Below, piece by piece: positions 59,201 to 64,000 of a stretch of DNA of 64,000 nucleotides. The DNA is from Candidatus Latescibacterota bacterium (GTDB lineage Bacteria; Latescibacterota; UBA2968; SICM01), in contig CBDCJO010000002.1 in NCBI GenBank assembly GCA_965217865.1, positions 864,001-928,000 on the forward strand, in the 5' to 3' direction. A model generated the notes under the pieces. That model was not told the origin of the DNA and searched no databases. It worked only from the letters and a program-made list of their open reading frames with translations. Position 1 is the first letter of the stretch; each line of letters begins with the position of its first letter. Made by a program: the position numbers and the translations under genes.

Positions 59201-60373
59201 ATGAATATCTTAATCTGTAGTTTTTCTTTCCCTCCCAGACCCGGAGGTGTCAGCCAGGTTACCCGGGCTCATGCGAGGGGTCTGGTTCAACGGGGCCATG
59301 AGGTTACGGTTGCATCGGAAGACGTCCCGGGTCAGAACGGTATTGATTTTCCGGAGGATTTGAAAGTTCATCGATTTAAGATCTCGGGTAACGCCAATCC
59401 GCGGTCAAAATACAAGGGGGATATAGATGAGTACCTGAGTTTCATCGGATCATTTACAGGAGATCTGATTTGTTGTCATTGCTGGCAGACGTGGTCCACG
59501 GATCTTGCGATTAAGGCGTTTTCCAAGACGCGATCGAGGAAGATCCTGATCAGTCACGGGGTCTCCGCCAATACAAAACTGGGATGGCCGAGGGCATTCC
59601 CCACGTGGCTGCTATGGCGTCCCTATCTCTTATGGGAGATGCCGAGAATATTAAAGGCATATGATCATCTCATTCTGTTAAGCGACCGTTCCGATAAAGA
59701 CCGGTTTTACGACCGGTATATGGCCGACCGGATGGGTTATCGAAATATCTCGGTCATTCCAAACGGCGTTGATTTACACGCACACGATAAAGCACCTCTG
59801 GATTTTCGGGAAAGGTACGGGATCGATACGCAAAGATTGGTGCTCTGCGTTGGATCCTATTACGATTTAAAAAATCAAAGAATGGCGCTCGATGCTTTCA
59901 TTTCCGCGAATCCCGAGGACACAACCCTCGTTTTTATCGGTCCCTCCAGGAATCGATACACTCTCGAAATCGAAAACAGATGGGTTCAAGGGAGCAAAAC
60001 CTTAGAAGGTGCTCGAATGATCTGCCTTGATAACCTCTCGATGGAGACTATCCTTTCGGCATATAAGACGGCGGACCTCTACCTCTGCGCTTCCAGAACG
60101 GAATGTTTCCCTCTGGCTATCCTAGATGCCATGGCTTCAAAGACACCGTTTATCTCGACGGATGTGGGCTGTATAGGGGACCTCCCTGGAGGGATTGTGG
60201 TGCACGACCAGAAAGAAATGGCTCGGGAAATGGGCATCCTGTATAAAGATGAGCGTCGAAGAAAAGGTCTGGGTGAGGAAGGGCGTTCGGCGTGTGAATC
60301 TACATACAACTGGCCCAGGGTCATCGATGCGTACGAGTCATTATTTGAAAACGTCCTTATGAACAATAATTGA
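59201..60373 (+). CDS. GT4 glycosyltransferase
   Basis: PGGV, IPNGVD and ECFPLAILDAMAS motifs. Confidence 0.88.
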   Translation: MNILICSFSFPPRPGGVSQVTRAHARGLVQRGHEVTVASEDVPGQNGIDFPEDLKVHRFKISGNANPRSKYKGDIDEYLSFIGSFTGDLICCHCWQTWSTDLAIKAFSKTRSRKILISHGVSANTKLGWPRAFPTWLLWRPYLLWEMPRILKAYDHLILLSDRSDKDRFYDRYMADRMGYRNISVIPNGVDLHAHDKAPLDFRERYGIDTQRLVLCVGSYYDLKNQRMALDAFISANPEDTTLVFIGPSRNRYTLEIENRWVQGSKTLEGARMICLDNLSMETILSAYKTADLYLCASRTECFPLAILDAMASKTPFISTDVGCIGDLPGGIVVHDQKEMAREMGILYKDERRRKGLGEEGRSACESTYNWPRVIDAYESLFENVLMNNN

Positions 60374-60386
60374 ACCGGAAAACTGT

Positions 60387-61616
60387 ATGTGGATTCGGAA
60401 TCAAGCTAAGTCAATATTGACAAACACACCGGCATGGCGGGCCTACAGGAAAAATCAGATCCAAGAATTGTATTTAAGCCGTGCTCGTCATTACAACGAT
60501 TTGGATGGAGGAGGAATTCCCCAGCGTGAGGATTTGGTCAAGATATTGCGCAAACGTCTGAATATCCGGGGCTGGTCAGCGGAAAACAAGAAGATCGGTC
60601 AGGTCCATACGCTTGCAGTTATCCCCTCTGTTGGATGGCATGCCACTCTGGTTGAAACCCTTCGAGAAATCGGGAAAGTTTCAACGTTTTCATTTGAGGG
60701 AGAACGGTATTTCTGGAGAAACCGCAGCAAGAAAGACTGGTTGACGATCAGACAAAAGGCAAACCGGGAAATTCTTGATAAAATTAAGATAGAAAACAAG
60801 AAACACCCGATCGATTGGGTTTTTTTCTATACGCAAGGCCTGCACATCCTCAAGGATACGGTCCGAAACATTCATGACGATTTCGGGATCCCTACGGTCA
60901 TGATGTGTTTGGACGATAAGCACTCATGGGAGGGGGAGAGGCTGGGAGGCCAGAGGACCGGTCAGATCGATCTGGTGTCAGAGTTCGATCTCTACTGGAC
61001 GAGCGCCCGCGTTTGTCTTTCCTGGATCTGGGCTGAGGGGGGCAGGCCAATCTATATGCCCGAGGGATGCGATCCGGTTAGATTCATCCCGAAAGACGTG
61101 GAACAGGACATCGCTGTCAGCTTTGTAGGTCGCGCTTACGGGTTCAGAAAGGACCTCATAAATTTTTTACAAAGGTACGGGATTCCTGTGGCCCCATTTG
61201 GTTCCGGGTGGAGCGATACCTCTGATTTTAATGATTCAAAAGGGTTGGTCGATGTGTTCAACCGAAGCCAGATCAACCTGGGACACGGAGGAATTGGATA
61301 TTCGGAGGATCTGACGAATCTCAAAGGCCGAGATTTTGAGGTTCCCTGTACCGGGGGAGGAATGTATCTGACCACATTTAACAGCGATTTGGCTCAGCAC
61401 TTTGCGATTGGCCAGGAGATCGCGTGTTATCACGGGCGTGAAGAACTGGTCGACCTGGTTCATTATTACCTCCGAAGGCCGAATGAGAGGATGGAAATGG
61501 CCCGCCGGGCCCGAGTGCGATGCTTGCGGGAACATCGATGGATTCATCGATACATCCAAATTCTTCAAATTCTGGGAATTTTTGACGAGACGGTCGTTGC
61601 GCCCGCGGTGCCCTAA
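60387..61616 (+). CDS. CgeB-like (Glyco_trans_1_2) glycosyltransferase
   Basis: VSFVG, SQINL, KGRDFEVP and EHRWIHR motifs. Confidence 0.8.
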   Translation: MWIRNQAKSILTNTPAWRAYRKNQIQELYLSRARHYNDLDGGGIPQREDLVKILRKRLNIRGWSAENKKIGQVHTLAVIPSVGWHATLVETLREIGKVSTFSFEGERYFWRNRSKKDWLTIRQKANREILDKIKIENKKHPIDWVFFYTQGLHILKDTVRNIHDDFGIPTVMMCLDDKHSWEGERLGGQRTGQIDLVSEFDLYWTSARVCLSWIWAEGGRPIYMPEGCDPVRFIPKDVEQDIAVSFVGRAYGFRKDLINFLQRYGIPVAPFGSGWSDTSDFNDSKGLVDVFNRSQINLGHGGIGYSEDLTNLKGRDFEVPCTGGGMYLTTFNSDLAQHFAIGQEIACYHGREELVDLVHYYLRRPNERMEMARRARVRCLREHRWIHRYIQILQILGIFDETVVAPAVP

Positions 61617-61702
61617 AGCGATATCCAATCATTTGACTCAGGGAAACTATAACAAAAGCGAAAGAAGGAATAGCGTAAGCCAATTTTCGTTGGCCTTCAA
61701 AT

Positions 61703-62815
61703 TTGAAGATGCACGACAAAAAAATCATACCCAGGAAGGTGCAATGGCTTTGCTGGCAGCCTACACCCTATAACGATTATCTTTTTCGCTCGATATCCCA
61801 AGAGCCTGAGATCGACCTAACCGTTTATTTCCGGGAGGAAAGCCTGGCTTCACATCCGTGGAAATCTCAGATGGGTAAGGGCTTTCGATGGCGGTTATAT
61901 CAAAAAACATTCGGCGTTGACCCCCAACTCATCTACGCGGCCTTGAAGGATAGCGGAAGCTTTTTTGTGATAGCAGGATGGGACGAGCCGACGTGTCAGA
62001 TCGTGATCAATCTTCTGACCTTGCGGCGGCGCCCCTTTGCGATATGGACGGATACCCCTGACCTAGATGTGCCGCGGCCTTGGTGGAAGGAATATCCCCG
62101 GCGCCTCTGGTTAAAGGAAACCTTTCGGTCAGCGAAGGCTGTGATGGGAACGGGAAGGCCAGGGATCGACGCCTTAAAAGCGATGGGGTGTCCATCTCAT
62201 AAACTGACTTCATTTCCGTTTTACGTAGATCTCACGGAATCGTGGGCGGATTATGCCTTGAAACCCGGACTGGATAGGGGGCTCACTTTTCTTGCATCGG
62301 GCCAATTGATCAAGCGCAAAGGTTACGATCTCATGATCAAAGCCTTTGGGAAGCAAAAAGATCATGCTTTTCCCTGGAGGCTTTTCCTGGCCGGCGATGG
62401 ACCCGAAAAGGCATCTCTCAAAAGACTTGCAGAAGAGGAGGGGATCATCGACCGCGTGAATTTTATGGGTTGGCTAGAAGAAAAGGATATGCGGGAGCTT
62501 CGCGCCAGAAGTCATGTTTATATACACCCGGCTCGGAACGATCCCTTTCCAGTGGCTGTTTTACAGGCCATGGCATCTCGATTAGCGGTTATCGGAACTT
62601 TGGAAAGCGGCTCGGTTTCCGATCGGGTCCATTCTGGCGTTAATGGCTGGACCTATAAAGCGGATAATTTGGTGGAATTATCCCAATGCATTGCCCTCTT
62701 CCTGGATTGTCCGGAAAAAGCAGCCTCCATGGGTAAGGAAGCACGTAAAACTGCAGAGAAATGGCCGGTTGAAGAGGGGGTAAGGACAATCAAAAAAATC
62801 GTTGGAATAGGCTAA
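61703..62815 (+). CDS. GT4 glycosyltransferase
   Basis: PTPYN, GQLIKRKG, GDGPE and DPFPVAVLQAMAS motifs. Confidence 0.88.
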   Translation: MKMHDKKIIPRKVQWLCWQPTPYNDYLFRSISQEPEIDLTVYFREESLASHPWKSQMGKGFRWRLYQKTFGVDPQLIYAALKDSGSFFVIAGWDEPTCQIVINLLTLRRRPFAIWTDTPDLDVPRPWWKEYPRRLWLKETFRSAKAVMGTGRPGIDALKAMGCPSHKLTSFPFYVDLTESWADYALKPGLDRGLTFLASGQLIKRKGYDLMIKAFGKQKDHAFPWRLFLAGDGPEKASLKRLAEEEGIIDRVNFMGWLEEKDMRELRARSHVYIHPARNDPFPVAVLQAMASRLAVIGTLESGSVSDRVHSGVNGWTYKADNLVELSQCIALFLDCPEKAASMGKEARKTAEKWPVEEGVRTIKKIVGIG

Positions 62816-63227
62816 ATCATTCTACGAATTATCATGATTTGCATTGGGATCTTTATTGGTCATTGTCCCGGAAATAGAGTTACATAATTTTTCGATCTTT
62901 TGGAGGATGGACTCAGCGGTAGCCGTCAATACGACCCCGATCCTGGGGGACCCCAAAAACGCTATTCAAAGATTCCTGGACCGGGAGGAGATTTGGGATC
63001 AGATGAAGAAATCGGCAGAGACAAGAAAGGAGTGAACCCCATTCTTCTTCGGGCTTAAAGGACATGCACAGGCACGCTAACACGCCGGCTGCGGCTCGTG
63101 CCTACTTCCCTCGACCAAACCGACTATGGCGGTTCGCAACCGGGAATCGTTATGGGAAGTGCAAATACCAAAAGGATAATGCTTTCAGTTGTTACAGATA
63201 AAAACTGACTTTCAAGGAGTGAAAAAA

Positions 63228-64000
63228 TTGAAAGTTCCTAACCTACAAAATTACCAAGATCACCGGGAAAGAGTGGCTGACTATTCAGATAGTTCAAAAT
63301 GGAGCTCGTCATTTCACACGAGTAGTTATCGGCAGCTATCTGAGATGTATATGATTTGTAACTTGGTATCAGAATTATATCGATCCAAGTTCATCGGTTT
63401 CTCTGTTGATGATATTTCGTCTGTACTGGATGTAGGCTGTGGATGCGGCTTCGGCTCCCGCATGTGGTCTCCAATTGCAAAGGAGGTATTTGCCTTCGAT
63501 TTGGGAAGGGAGGGTATCGATATTGCTCGATTGAAATGGTCACATTTGGGAAACTTACATTTCTTTGTTGGCGATGGTATTTATCCAGACAGAATTACAG
63601 AGTTGAAAGGACGGATTTTTGATTTGTGCCTCATACGTGAATTTCTTCCATTCACACGATACTTAAAGGTAGAAGGGAAACCAGTTAATCATAGGCAGTT
63701 ATTAATGAAGTACATGGATTTTTTAAGACCAGGAGGTTTATGTATCATTTGGCATCACTTGCGTCGATACAGATGGGAAACAGAAGGCCTTTTGAAATTT
63801 AATGAAATATCGAATGAATATTTAAATGTCTATGGACCTGTTGACCCACACCTATATTACCATTTCCCTGCCGGAAAAGGTTCCATACCTAGAGCTTTCT
63901 CGAGACTCACTTTCTTTGATTTTATAAAATTTGCATGTGTAGTATCGAAAATTACATGGTTGACTTCAAGAAAACCTTTTAAACTAATTGCTATAGTGAA
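63228..64000 (+). CDS. Class I SAM-dependent methyltransferase, running off the window end (absent from the ORF track)
   Basis: AAGGAG RBS then TTG start; manual translation gives VLDVGCGCGFG and later LRPGG; visibly AT-rich. Confidence 0.75.
   Translation, partial: MKVPNLQNYQDHRERVADYSDSSKWSSSFHTSSYRQLSEMYMICNLVSELYRSKFIGFSVDDISSVLDVGCGCGFGSRMWSPIAKEVFAFDLGREGIDIARLKWSHLGNLHFFVGDGIYPDRITELKGRIFDLCLIREFLPFTRYLKVEGKPVNHRQLLMKYMDFLRPGGLCIIWHHLRRYRWETEGLLKFNEISNEYLNVYGPVDPHLYYHFPAGKGSIPRAFSRLTFFDFIKFACVVSKITWLTSRKPFKLIAIV

Noticed and set aside
62844-63035. 63-aa ORF as a real gene
   Set aside because: Weak start and no motif; more likely a remnant
1-64000. CRISPR arrays, tRNA/rRNA genes, long tandem repeats
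   Set aside because: None seen by eye in the intergenic regions; no covariance search could be run

Overview
The window is almost entirely a + strand surface-glycan (O-antigen/capsule/S-layer glycan) biosynthesis locus of a bacterium. It encodes a Wzm/Wzt ABC exporter, many glycosyltransferases, six cytidylyltransferase domains (one a remnant), NeuB, a pyruvate-dependent aldolase module, a partial GDP-heptose module, UDP-sulfoquinovose synthase, an ArnT-like GT-C module and about seven methyltransferases. The locus is mosaic and decaying, with orphan gene ends, one chimeric gene, four frameshifts, one nonsense codon and six mobile-element insertions. Those insertions are two copies of an IS1182/IS5-like element, a simple IS1595, a tnpA-only IS200, an IS1595 carrying a Panacea-type toxin-antitoxin pair plus a small unannotated ORF, and a 775-bp transposase-free IS1595-like cassette carrying one unknown membrane-protein gene. 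I located the terminal repeats and target duplications by eye. Protein family calls come from recognised motifs, not database searches. I saw no rRNA, tRNA or CRISPR array.
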